DNA of 64,000 nt from Dehalococcoidia bacterium (GCA_965247295.1 CBDFGQ010000007.1:560317-624316); one strand, 5' to 3'. Shown: positions 40,253-49,865, counted from the first letter of the stretch. The notes: generated by a model from the sequence alone, not told the origin. Numbers and translations: made by a program.

Positions 40253-41611
40253 ATGGCGGAACCCTATGACCTGACGGTTGCGGAAGCGCACGAGGAAATA
40301 AGCACGGGACGCCTATCCTCGACGGAACTGGCGGAGTCGCTCCTCAACCGTATTGACGCCCTGGATCCCGCCCTCGAGGCATGGGTCACTATTGACCGGG
40401 AACAGGTACTGGGCCAGGCCAAGGACCGAGACGAGGAGCTCATCAAGAAGGGTCCCCGAGGGCCGCTCCATGGGATACCGGTGGGCCTGAAAGATATCTT
40501 CTACACCGCCGGCATGAAGACAACGGCGTGTTCTAAAATCTACGCCGATTTTGTTCCCTCCTACGACGCTACCTCTGTTATCCGCCTGAAGGAGGCGGGA
40601 GCAGTCATTCTCGGTAAGGCGGTCACCACGGAGTTTGCCACCGGCGACCCCTCACCGACACGCAATCCCTGGAACCCGGCCCACACTCCCGGAGGGTCCA
40701 GCAGCGGCTCCTCGGTGGCGGTGGCTACGCGGATGTGTCCTGCGGCCCTTGGCTCACAGACCGGTGGGTCTACCTGCAGGCCGGCCTCCTACAACGGAAT
40801 CGTGGGACTGAAGCCAACCTACGGACGCATCAGCCGATACGGGGTTGTCCCGGTGAGCTGGTCTCTGGATACCGTGGGGATACTGGTCCGCAGCGTGGAA
40901 GACGCCGCCATCCTTCTGGCGGCCATGGCGGGACACGATCCCCAGGATCCCGGTTCGTCAGCGGAGCCCGTGCCCGACTACAGGAGCTCCCTGGACGGCC
41001 TCCAGGGTCCTCCGAGGATCGGGTTCATCCGGGAGTTCTTCCTGGACAGGAGCGATGAGGAGGTAAGCAAGCATACGGAGGAGGCGGTCCAGCGGCTCAG
41101 CACCGCCGGGGCTATAGTGGAGGAAGTGGGACTGCCCAAGAGCTTTGCGACCTGCTACGCGGCCCACCGCACGGTCATGAACGTGGAATGCGCGGCATTC
41201 CATCAGGAGTATTTCAAGGACCGGGCGGAGGATTACAGTTCCAAGCTGCGGGCCACTATAGAGACGGGTATGCTTATACCGGGCGTCAGCTACATGCAGG
41301 CCCAGCGTATGCGGCGCCACTTCCGCGAGGAAATGACGGAGGTAGCCGGCCGCGTGGATGCCCTCCTTACTCCATCCACCCATACGCCGGCTCCCAGAGA
41401 CCTGACCACTACGGGGGACCCAGTGTTTCAGAGCCCGTGGACATCGGCGGGCCTCCCTACGGTTACCATTCCTTCGGGATTGAGCGGATCGGGACTACCC
41501 CTGGGGATACAGCTGGCCGGGCCTCCCTTCTCGGAGGCGCGACTCCTGGCGGTGGCTCGCTGGTGCGAGGCAGCCTTGGATGTGCGGCTGGAGCCCCCCG
41601 GCCTGGGCTAA
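40253..41611 (+). CDS. amidase-signature enzyme (GatA/AtzE-like)
   Basis: GIPVGLKDIF and the GGSSSGSSVAVA amidase signature. Lacks the GatA-specific DEFAMGSS. ATG 40253 follows GGAGGTG. Confidence 0.85.
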   Translation: MAEPYDLTVAEAHEEISTGRLSSTELAESLLNRIDALDPALEAWVTIDREQVLGQAKDRDEELIKKGPRGPLHGIPVGLKDIFYTAGMKTTACSKIYADFVPSYDATSVIRLKEAGAVILGKAVTTEFATGDPSPTRNPWNPAHTPGGSSSGSSVAVATRMCPAALGSQTGGSTCRPASYNGIVGLKPTYGRISRYGVVPVSWSLDTVGILVRSVEDAAILLAAMAGHDPQDPGSSAEPVPDYRSSLDGLQGPPRIGFIREFFLDRSDEEVSKHTEEAVQRLSTAGAIVEEVGLPKSFATCYAAHRTVMNVECAAFHQEYFKDRAEDYSSKLRATIETGMLIPGVSYMQAQRMRRHFREEMTEVAGRVDALLTPSTHTPAPRDLTTTGDPVFQSPWTSAGLPTVTIPSGLSGSGLPLGIQLAGPPFSEARLLAVARWCEAALDVRLEPPGLG

Positions 41612-43227
41612 GGGCTGGAGAGGGAGTCCCTAAACCGGTGCCGTAGCGCGACCTTGTCGTATTTACCCACGCTGGTTTTGGGGATCTCTTCCAAGAATAC
41701 AACGTCGTCAGGGAGCCACCAGCGGGCGAACCGACCTTGGAGGTGGGCCAAGACGTCTTCTGGCGTGAGTGTTCCCTCCGCCTCGGCCTTTGGAACCACG
41801 CATGCCAGAGGGCGTTCCTGCCAGTGGGGGTGAGGTACGGCGATGACCGCTGCCTCCAGAACTCCGGAATGAGACATAATGGCCGCTTCCAGGTCCACCG
41901 ATGAGATCCATTCTCCCCCGCTCCTGATCACGTCTCTGGCCCGGTCCACGATCTGAATGTAGCCCTCTTCGTCTACGTTGGCGATGTCGCCTGTGTGATA
42001 CCAGCCGTTGCGGAAGCTCTCGGCCGTACGGGGGTCGTCATAGTACTCGCTGGCGATCCATGGGCCCCTGAGGAGCAGCTCACCCCGCTGCTTGCCGTCC
42101 CAGGGAAGGGTCTTTCCTCCCTCGTCCACCAGCTTCATCTCCAGGCCGGGCACAACGAGGCCCTGCTTTGACTTGACGGCCAACTTCTGGTCGTCGCTCA
42201 GGGAATCCATGTGGCTCTTCAAGTTGCTGATAGCCACCAGCGGTGAGGCTTCCGTCATGCCATAGGCCTGCACCAGCCTGACCCCGTGCACCCTGTCGTA
42301 CGCCTCGATGAGGCTGGCGGGAACTGCCGCGCCGCCGCTTAGTATCAAACGCAGGCTTTTGAGGTCGTACTTTTCGGCCGACCGTTCCAAGAAGTCCAGT
42401 ACCCCAATCCAGATGGTGGGCACTCCCATGGCCACCGTGACCCGCTCCGCTTGAATCAGCTCACAGATGGCCTTGGGATCGGGCCTGACGCCGGGCAGCA
42501 CCTGGTCCGCCCCCAGCATGGTGCAGCTAAATGGGGTGCCCCAGCAATTCACGTGGAACATGGGCACCACGGCCATGACCACGTCCCGCTCCGAGAGGGC
42601 GATGAAGTCGGTCATGCACTGCATCATCGTATGCAGGTAGATTGCCCGGTGGTTGTAGATAACGCCCTTAGCACGGCCGGTGGTGGCGGAGGTGTAGCAA
42701 AGACCCGCAGGGGCCCACTCATCAAGTTCGGGAAATTGATATGGGGGGGAGGCCTGAGCCAAGAGCTCTTCGTAGGGGTGGGCAGAGGGCAGGCCGGCAG
42801 ACGATGCGTTATCGCCGTCGCCCATGACGATGATATGGCGCACCGTCTCCAGGCGGTCCGTTATGGCCGCGATGAGGGGCGCCAGGTCCTCGTCTACCAG
42901 GAGCGCCACATCCTGGGCGTGGTTGATAATGTGCGCCAGGTCGTCGGGAGAGAGTCTGATATTGACGGTGTGCAGCACGCCGCCCATGGAGGGCACCGCC
43001 CAGTAGGCCTCCATGTGGCGATGGGTATTCCAGGCACAGGTGGCGACTCGTTCTCCCGGCTTTACCCCAAGGCCTTGGAGGGCGCCAGCCAGCCGGCAGC
43101 TCCGCTCGTATAGCTCCCGGTACGAATGCCGCTGGACTCCCCCAGGGACCCGCGTCACTATGCCCTTTCTGGGGAAGCTGGTGCGTGCCCGGTCCAGGAT
43201 GCGCGGGAGGGTGAGGGGGTAGTGCAT
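41608..43227 (-). CDS. AMP-dependent acyl-CoA synthetase/ligase
   Basis: YTSATTGRAKGV (AMP-binding motif), YGMTE, WYHTGD and the PKTSVGKYDK C-terminal motif. Confidence 0.85.
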   Translation of the reverse strand: MHYPLTLPRILDRARTSFPRKGIVTRVPGGVQRHSYRELYERSCRLAGALQGLGVKPGERVATCAWNTHRHMEAYWAVPSMGGVLHTVNIRLSPDDLAHIINHAQDVALLVDEDLAPLIAAITDRLETVRHIIVMGDGDNASSAGLPSAHPYEELLAQASPPYQFPELDEWAPAGLCYTSATTGRAKGVIYNHRAIYLHTMMQCMTDFIALSERDVVMAVVPMFHVNCWGTPFSCTMLGADQVLPGVRPDPKAICELIQAERVTVAMGVPTIWIGVLDFLERSAEKYDLKSLRLILSGGAAVPASLIEAYDRVHGVRLVQAYGMTEASPLVAISNLKSHMDSLSDDQKLAVKSKQGLVVPGLEMKLVDEGGKTLPWDGKQRGELLLRGPWIASEYYDDPRTAESFRNGWYHTGDIANVDEEGYIQIVDRARDVIRSGGEWISSVDLEAAIMSHSGVLEAAVIAVPHPHWQERPLACVVPKAEAEGTLTPEDVLAHLQGRFARWWLPDDVVFLEEIPKTSVGKYDKVALRHRFRDSLSSP

Positions 43228-43246
43228 CAACGCTGGAGCCTCCTCG

Positions 43247-44047
43247 CTACGTCTCTGGAGACATTATACTGAGCCCCCCGTCGATGGCCCAGGTCTGACC
43301 CGTAACGTAGGAGCCTGCGGCGGATGCGAGGTACACGGCCAGATAACCCACTTCCTTCAGCTGGCCCAGCCGGCCCAGGGGGACGGTCCGCTTGGAGTCA
43401 TCTCCCCGTTTTTGGTAGTCATTGGGCGTCATCTGGTCGGGGTCCGGGAACTGGCCGGGGGCGATGGCGTTGACCCGGACACCGTATGGCCCCCACTCCT
43501 GGGCCAGGCACTCGGTGAACCGCATGAGCCCCGCCTTGGCGGCGTCGTAGGCCGAGCGGTTTGCCTTGCCACGGAAGGATGCCCAGCCCGAGATGTTGAT
43601 AACGCAGCCCTCGCGACGCTCCAGGAAGTGGGGGCCAAAGGCGCGGCACCCCTGAAACGCCTCGGTGAGGTTGATGTCGATGATACTATGCCACTCCACT
43701 TCGGTCATCCCCGGGGGCCCACCTCCCGGCAAGGTGGCTACGGGCTTGGTGATGGCATCTCCCACGCAGTTAACCAGCACGTCCAGGTGGCCGAAGCGTT
43801 GGAGGACGTCGCTTGCCAGCTGGTCCATGTCGGCGGCCTTGGTGGCGTCGCCGGAGAAGGCCAGGCCCTGCCGCCCCAGGTTGCGCACCTCTTCGGCCAC
43901 CTTTGTGGCGCCCACGGGCGTCAGACCGGTGACGGCTACGTCGGCACCGGCTTCGGCGAAAGCGAGAGCTATCCCCTTGCCAATGCCCCGCCCCGCTCCC
44001 ACACAAAGGACCTTGGTATTCTCGACGCTGAACTGCGGTGTGGGCAT
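43247..44047 (-). CDS. SDR-family oxidoreductase
   Basis: GAGRGIGKGIALAFA, NCVG, and the YDAAK catalytic Y-x-x-x-K. Confidence 0.85.
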   Translation of the reverse strand: MPTPQFSVENTKVLCVGAGRGIGKGIALAFAEAGADVAVTGLTPVGATKVAEEVRNLGRQGLAFSGDATKAADMDQLASDVLQRFGHLDVLVNCVGDAITKPVATLPGGGPPGMTEVEWHSIIDINLTEAFQGCRAFGPHFLERREGCVINISGWASFRGKANRSAYDAAKAGLMRFTECLAQEWGPYGVRVNAIAPGQFPDPDQMTPNDYQKRGDDSKRTVPLGRLGQLKEVGYLAVYLASAAGSYVTGQTWAIDGGLSIMSPET

Positions 44048-44399
44048 GTCCCTCCTCCTAGACCTTTACTTGGCACCCCACCGGCGTCCCCATTCTGTGG
44101 GTCTGCACCCACGGGATCTCGTAACCTTCCCCGAGGACGGTTATCCCCTCACACCCGCCCTGACTCTGTTCGGAGGCAGTGGGATTTTCATGGTGCCGTT
44201 GGTGGGTAGCAGTGTAATCCCGGTAGAGAGTCTCGTCAATTGGCGCTACGCCGGTGTCTCGAATGGGCGGACCTCCCGTCCGGCCCTTTGACGGTGCATC
44301 CGGGGCTGGAGTATCATACGGTGTCAGCTACCCGGATAGCGTGCCGGGGAGGGGAATGGCCAGGCGAGACCCCGAGAGGCGTCCGGACAAGGAGGAGAG

Positions 44400-45155
44400 A
44401 TGAAGTTCGCTCGATATCTTGCACATGGTCAGGTTAGCTACGGGGTAGTAGAGGGTGACACCCTCAAAGAGATCACGACCAGCCCGTTTGAGGAGTACCA
44501 GGTCACCGACCACTCCCACCCCATTTCGGAGGTTAAGCTTTTGACCCCCACCTCTCCCTCAAAGATCCTGGCGGTGGGGCTCAACTACTCCAGCCATCTC
44601 CACGAGCGTCCCGCCCTCACGGAGCCCCTGATATTCCTCAAGACCCCCTCGTCCCTGGTGAGCCAGGGGGAACCTATCGTACGCCCGCGAGACGTGGAGA
44701 CGCTGGACGAAGAGGCTGAACTGGTGGTCATAATGAAGCGCCGTTGCAAGAACGTCTCCAGAGAGGAGGCGTTGGACTACGTTCTGGGTTACACATGCGG
44801 CAATGACGTGAGTGCCCGGGAGTGGCAGCGGGGGGACGGCCAGTGGTGGCGGGCCAAGTCCACCGATACCTTTTCCCCGGTGGGTCCATATATAGCCGAC
44901 GACATCGACCCCGGTAAGGTGATGCTGCGTGCCCGCGTCAACGGCAAGGAGGTCCAGGCGGAAAGCACGTCCTACTTCATCTTTGATGTGCCTGCGATCA
45001 TCAGCTGGACGTCGCGGCGCATGACCCTGGAGCCGGGAGACATGATCTTCACCGGAACCCCCGGGAACCCGGCCCACCTCAATGCCGGTGACACGGTGGA
45101 GATAGACATTGAGGGCATCGGCGTGCTGTCTAACCCCGTGACGATGGAAGAGTAG
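44400..45155 (+). CDS. fumarylacetoacetate hydrolase (FAH)-family protein
   Basis: ILAVGLNYSSH, EAELVVIM, GYTCGNDVSAREWQ and GDMIFTGTPG. Confidence 0.85.
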   Translation: MKFARYLAHGQVSYGVVEGDTLKEITTSPFEEYQVTDHSHPISEVKLLTPTSPSKILAVGLNYSSHLHERPALTEPLIFLKTPSSLVSQGEPIVRPRDVETLDEEAELVVIMKRRCKNVSREEALDYVLGYTCGNDVSAREWQRGDGQWWRAKSTDTFSPVGPYIADDIDPGKVMLRARVNGKEVQAESTSYFIFDVPAIISWTSRRMTLEPGDMIFTGTPGNPAHLNAGDTVEIDIEGIGVLSNPVTMEE

Positions 45156-45206
45156 GCGCCGCCCGGAAGTGAACGACTGGCGGTTCCGCCGCGGGGCGGC
45201 TCCCGA

Positions 45207-45527
45207 TTAAGCCGGCCCTGGGAAGAAATCGGGGCCGAGCATGATCTGGTTTTTCTGGCTCATGAGTAGCTTCTGGACCCGTGGTACGTACTCATTCACC
45301 CAGCGTGGGTCGGTTCTTACGGCCTTCATCTTCTTTTCCAGGTCCGCCGCATCCTCGTAGGCCCATATGTGTATTACCTGGTTCAGGGTGCCGATATCGG
45401 TGTAGTACCACCCCGCCAGCTTGACCCCGTGGGACTGTCGCACGGGCAAGCCGATCTCCCGAACGGCGGCCATGTACTCGGGCAAGGTTCCCGGTTTGAG
45501 CTCGTAAATCCTCATGTCGTAAATCAT
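45207..45527 (-). CDS. NIPSNAP-family protein
   Basis: MIYDMRIYELKPGTLPEYMAAV..GTLNQVIHIWAYEDAADLEKKM. Start at ATG 45525-45527 after AGGAG. Confidence 0.75.
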   Translation of the reverse strand: MIYDMRIYELKPGTLPEYMAAVREIGLPVRQSHGVKLAGWYYTDIGTLNQVIHIWAYEDAADLEKKMKAVRTDPRWVNEYVPRVQKLLMSQKNQIMLGPDFFPGPA

Positions 45528-45546
45528 CGTGTCCACTCCTGTTCCG

Positions 45547-46758
45547 TTAAAATTGTGGCTCCAGGATGTAAAGGCCGCCCATGACGCGGTCCACGGCATA
45601 GATAAGCTGATTCTCGTCCACGTAAACGTCGTTTATCGAGTTGAAAGGGGCCCCTTGAGGCACCGGCGGCACGAAGTAAGCCACCTCCTCGGGCCGGAAG
45701 GGGTTGGAGATGTCGTGGACCCGAAGGCCAGCGTTGAAGTAGGTGCCGTAAACCAGGTCGTTGGAGACGTGAGACGTTGGCACCGGTAGGTTCTCGTGGA
45801 TGTTGTGGGCTCCGTAGCGCCCCGGCCTGTCGCAGAACTTTTCCTTGTCCATGGGCAGCGAGCTCAGCATCACCAGGTTGGTCTCCTCGCTGGCATCCAC
45901 GATCCAGACCAGCTTGGGCCAGTCCTCACAGTGTTCGTACCCCGATGCCTCCTCGCTGACGACCAGAAGCTCCCGGTCAAAGAGGGGCACGACGGTATGG
46001 GTGAAGCCCACCAGCGGCGGATGATAGTCCAGCTGGCTTACCATCCGGGGCCTGGACACATCGGAGATGTCCAGGATGATCACACCCGCGTCTATGTAGC
46101 CCAGGTACGCACGGTCCGGGCGCTGGGGGTAGACATTGGCGTTGTGGATGCGGTACCCCACGTCAAACTGGGGATGGGGGGTGGGGGGTGCCGTGTCGTC
46201 CCCCTGCCTGGTACCGGGAAGCCACCAGCGGCCCACCTCCTGGGGCTTGGCGGGGTCGCTTATGTCCACGATCATGTAGAACTGGTGGTCCTTTGGGTTA
46301 GTCGGAACGTGGTCGGGGGCGCCCGTGCTCAGGTGGGCGTAGTGACCGTCCACGCTCTAGACGCAGTGGACGCCTTGGGAATGGGGGCCCGACGTATCGA
46401 AGAAGCCGATTTGCCGTGGCTCCTCGGGGTTGCCGATGTCGTATATGCCCATGCCCGCGGGCGACAGGCCGGGGCGGGTCACTTGATAGGCTACCAGGAG
46501 GATGTTGTCAACCACGGCCAGGGAGTTGGAACGTACCTGGGCGTGGGGCAGCTCGGTCTGAGTTATCATCCTGGGATTCGCCGGATCGATCACGTCCATG
46601 ACCGTGGTGTCCTTGGGCGCCCTCTCGTGGGCCAGGTAGAGGACCCTCTGGCCGCTGGGGCGTTGCTGAAGGGCTATCCCCTCGCCTACGTTGCTGTGGC
46701 CATCCAGGTCGTGATGAGACACCAGCCGCAGGTTCTTGATCTCGCCTTGATCTGCCAT
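45547..46758 (-). pseudogene. LVIVD-repeat beta-propeller protein with one in-frame TAG
   Basis: ORFs 46357..46758 and 45547..46353 are in the same frame: ..GPHSQGVHCV-TAG-S-V-DGHYAHLSTGAP... LVIVD-type repeats occur on both sides (VMDVIDPANP, MGIYDIGNPEEP, FYMIVDISDPAKP, VIILDISDVSRP, LRVHDISNPFRP). Confidence 0.65.
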
Positions 46759-46986
46759 AGGATCTCCTGTTCTGCCTCAAAGCGGGGACGTACAGGGTCT
46801 TGGCGTTTTGTGGAAAAACCCGCGTTTACTACCTGGACCGGCCACTGGGGCACGGAACTACCGCGGCCCACTATAACACACGATATTGACACACACAACG
46901 CGGTGGTCAGAGGGGCGCCTGGAAGCTGTACAACCTTGAGGGCCCGTGGCATAATGCTGGGCGTGCGGAGCAAAACCAGGGGGTGT

Positions 46987-47922
46987 ATGATGCGTATCTG
47001 TTCCTTCTTGCCCAGCGCGACGGAGATGGTGTATGCCCTGGGGTTGGGCGATCACCTTTACGGCGTCAGCCATGAGTGTGACTATCCACCCGAGGCTCGA
47101 AAGCTGCCCCGGGTAGCCTATAGCATCTTTGACGAGGGCGAACACTCTAGCGCGGATATTGACCGGATGATTAAGGAGCGGCTGACAGAGGGCAAGGGGA
47201 TCTACGAGATCGACGAGGATGTGCTTCGTGAGGCGGAGCCGGACCTGTTGCTCACCCAAGAGCTCTGCGCCGAGTGAGCAATAACGGCGCGGCAGGTTGC
47301 CGACGCGACGGAAAAGCTGCCCAAGGTGCCGGAGATCCTCTCCCTGGACCCGGTGTCATTGGAAGGCGTGCTGGGAGACATCTTGAAGGTGGGTCAGGCC
47401 ACGAGTACAGAGGGAGTGGCCGAGGGGCTGGTGGCCTCCCTTCGACGTAGGATCGACACGGTAAAGAATAAGGCAGCCCTCGCACAGACCAGGCCCAAAG
47501 TCGCCTGCCTGGAGTGGATGGAGCCCGTGCTGTGCGCGGGCCACTGGGTGCCGGAGATGGTGGAGCTGGCCGGTGGGGAGGACTGCCTGGGGAAGAAGGA
47601 CAGCCCCTCCTTCAGGGTCGAGTGGGAGCAGGTACTTGAGGAACGACCCGACGTGGTGGTGATCACCCCTTGTGGCTTCGACGTAAGGCGGGGGCTCCAG
47701 GAGGTGCATCTGCTGACGTCCAGGGATGGATGGAAGTCGCTGCCCGCGGTGGAATCGGGCCGGGTGTACGTCGTGGATGCCAGCGCCTACTTCAGCCGTT
47801 CGGGACCCAGGCTGGTGGACGGCCTGGAGGTCATGGCGGAGATGCTGCACCCGGAGATCTTTTCGGGAATGGTCCCGGAGGGTGCGGTCGCCCGTCTTTA
47901 CGGGGAGCGGGTCTCGCGCTGA
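46987..47922 (+). CDS. cytoplasmic BtuF/FhuD-fold (Peripla_BP_2-like) binding protein with in-frame TGA; candidate selenoprotein
   Basis: MMRICSFLPSATEMVYALGLGDHLYGVSHECDYPPEA...LLLTQELCAE-TGA-AITARQVADATEKLPKVPEILSLDP... The two track ORFs (tail of 45796..47277, and 47326..47922) share one frame with only TGA 47275-47277 between them. AGGGGGTG SD lies before ATG 46987. No signal peptide. Confidence 0.65.
47287..47306 (+). other. candidate bacterial SECIS-like hairpin
   Basis: GCGCGGCA-GGU-UGCCG(A)CGC: 8 bp with a bulged A and a GGU apical loop. The loop starts 17 nt after the TGA. The apical sequence GCAGGUUGC resembles E. coli fdhF GCAGGUCUGC, which I recall lying 18 nt after its UGA. Confidence 0.45.
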
Positions 47923-47926
47923 AAGC

Positions 47927-48598
47927 TCAGTTGAGCCTGGCGCCCTGGTAGGGGTTGCGCTTGACCAGGTCTTCCCGTGCCTTCCTGGTGGCGCCCTCAA
48001 GCAAGGGTATCTCGAAGTGCAAGCGCTCTCCGATCAAGGGAATTTCCAGGAGCCGCTGCTTCGCTATCGGGGGCAGTTCCAGGTAGTGGGCGATGGCGTA
48101 AGACAGCCGGCCCACGTCATCAGGAACGTCGGCGTGACGGGTCCAGCCACCCCGTAGCCCGGCCAGACCGCGGAGGTACTCCCCGAACAGCTCCCGCGCC
48201 CTAGCCAGCTCTCCCTCTTCGATATCGCCGGTCTCTTCCGAAAGGTATTGCACCGTGCCCTTCAGGTAAGGCAGTTCGTGGACCGTATCCACGATGCGAA
48301 ATCGCCTCTCCCCTACCGTAGCCAGGTTCATCCGCCCATCCTCCAGCCTTTCCACCTGGGTAATGCGGGCCGTGGTGCCAGTCCTGTGGGGTGAGGCCGG
48401 CCCTCCAACTTCCGGGCCCTCCCGGATCAGCACGACGCCGAAAGGGGCGCTGTCCTCGATACACTCCCCGATCATCGTTTTATACCGCTCCTCGAAGATC
48501 CGAAGGGGCATCTGTATCCCCGGAAAGAGGGTCACCCCCAGCGGGAATAGCCGTAACTCTTCGAGGGACTCCTTGTTCTCTTCCTGTGTCTCACCCAT
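47927..48598 (-). CDS. LON substrate-binding (Lon N-terminal) domain protein
   Basis: LRLFPLGVTLFPGIQMPLRIFEERYKTMI..PFGVVLIREG. The start (ATG 48596-48598 versus 48661) is uncertain. Confidence 0.7.
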   Translation of the reverse strand: MGETQEENKESLEELRLFPLGVTLFPGIQMPLRIFEERYKTMIGECIEDSAPFGVVLIREGPEVGGPASPHRTGTTARITQVERLEDGRMNLATVGERRFRIVDTVHELPYLKGTVQYLSEETGDIEEGELARARELFGEYLRGLAGLRGGWTRHADVPDDVGRLSYAIAHYLELPPIAKQRLLEIPLIGERLHFEIPLLEGATRKAREDLVKRNPYQGARLN

Positions 48599-48689
48599 TC
48601 CAGTGGAAAGTATAGTATTGAGGCCTTCGTTGCACAAGACTTTATAGGCCGTATGGTACAATAGGCCGCAAAAAGCTGGGAGGCAGCGA

Positions 48690-49865
48690 ATGCGGGATGA
48701 TATTGCTCGTCATGTGGCACTGCTCAAGGACCACCTGGTCTCCACCAGGCGCGACTTCCACCGACACCCCGAGCTGTCCTTTCAGGAGCGGCGCACCGGC
48801 GAGGTAGTGGCGAGCAGACTGGATGGATTGGGCTGGGAGGTGAAGCGAGGGGTGGCGGAGACCGGTGTGGTGGGTCTTCTCCGGGGCGGTGGTCCGGGCA
48901 TGACGGTAATGATACGGGCCGATATCGATGCGCTGCCCATTCAGGAACCCCAGGACAGGCCCTATGCCTCTGTGAACGACGGGGTGATGCACGCCTGCGG
49001 CCACGACGGCCATACTGCCGTGGCACTGGCGGTGGCGGAAATCCTGAGCGGGTGCAAGGATTCCATAAAGGGTCAGGTCAAGATGGTGTTCCAGCCCGCA
49101 GAGGAGATCATGAGCGGCGCAGCCCGGATGATAGAGGAGGGGGTCATGAAGGACCCGGCGGTGGACCGGGTCTTGAGCTTTCACCTATGGAGCGGGCTTG
49201 ACGTGGGCCAGGTCTCTGCCCAGGCGGGTCCCATCTTCTCCAGCGCCGACGAGATAAGGATCGATATAAAGGGCAAGGGAGGCCACGGAGGGATGCCCCA
49301 CCTCTCCGTGGACCCTATCCTGATAGCGTCCCATGTCGTCACCACCCTCCAAGCGATATTGAGCAGGGAGATTCCCCCGTCCCAGCCCGCGGTGTTGGGG
49401 TTCGGCACCGTGCATGGTGGCACGGCCTTCAACGTGGTTTCCGACCATGTGGAGTTGAAGGGCACCGTCAGGACTCTGGACGATTCCATACGTGAGTACA
49501 TCCTGAGGCGGACGGGCGAGATAGCTGAGGCGGTGGCCAAGGGCCTACGAGGCGAAGCCCAGTTTCACCACGTGCGTGGTGCGCCCGCGGTGGTGAACGA
49601 TAGCGCCGTGGCTGAGGTGGTGGCAGAGGTCGCGGATCCCATAGTTGGGGAGCAAAACGTCGTAACGATACCGCCTCCCCAGGTGGGAGACGACGCCACC
49701 TTTTTCCTGAGAGAGGCCCCAGGGTGCTACTTCCTAGTGGGGTGTGCCAACGCCGGACGGGGCATAGGGGCACCCCATCACAGCGCCCAGTTCGATATAG
49801 ACGAAGACGCCCTGCCTCTGGCCGCTCACATCCTCACCGAGGCGGCGTTGCGCTATTTAACCTAG
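48690..49865 (+). CDS. M20-family amidohydrolase (N-acyl-amino-acid/hippurate hydrolase-like)
   Basis: FHRHPELSFQE, MHACGHDGHTA, FQPAEE and GGTAFNVV. Confidence 0.85.
   Translation: MRDDIARHVALLKDHLVSTRRDFHRHPELSFQERRTGEVVASRLDGLGWEVKRGVAETGVVGLLRGGGPGMTVMIRADIDALPIQEPQDRPYASVNDGVMHACGHDGHTAVALAVAEILSGCKDSIKGQVKMVFQPAEEIMSGAARMIEEGVMKDPAVDRVLSFHLWSGLDVGQVSAQAGPIFSSADEIRIDIKGKGGHGGMPHLSVDPILIASHVVTTLQAILSREIPPSQPAVLGFGTVHGGTAFNVVSDHVELKGTVRTLDDSIREYILRRTGEIAEAVAKGLRGEAQFHHVRGAPAVVNDSAVAEVVAEVADPIVGEQNVVTIPPPQVGDDATFFLREAPGCYFLVGCANAGRGIGAPHHSAQFDIDEDALPLAAHILTEAALRYLT

Noticed and set aside
44048-44399. 352-bp SDR/FAH divergent spacer as a possible ncRNA or small gene
   Set aside because: Only a plausible promoter (TTGACG-18-TATCAT) and short non-conserved ORFs are visible, with no structure or motif I can defend.
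46357-46359. TAG as pyrrolysine
   Set aside because: TAG terminates many well-defined genes here (hydrolase, rluD, glnS, gltX, nuoC, nadK). Nothing in the window suggests pyl genes or a methylamine methyltransferase context.
45796-46986. The first about 400 codons of the 493-aa plus-strand ORF 45796..47277
   Set aside because: They are antisense to the LVIVD-repeat gene and have no recognisable motifs. Only the last 97 codons (from ATG 46987) match a protein family.
46790-46986. Possible cobalamin riboswitch upstream of the BtuF-like gene (GCCACTG at about 46843)
   Set aside because: Only the GCCACTG heptamer is present. I could not find the GGGAA/GGTG regions or a B12-box (AGYCMGGAGACCKGCC-like), so the evidence is insufficient.
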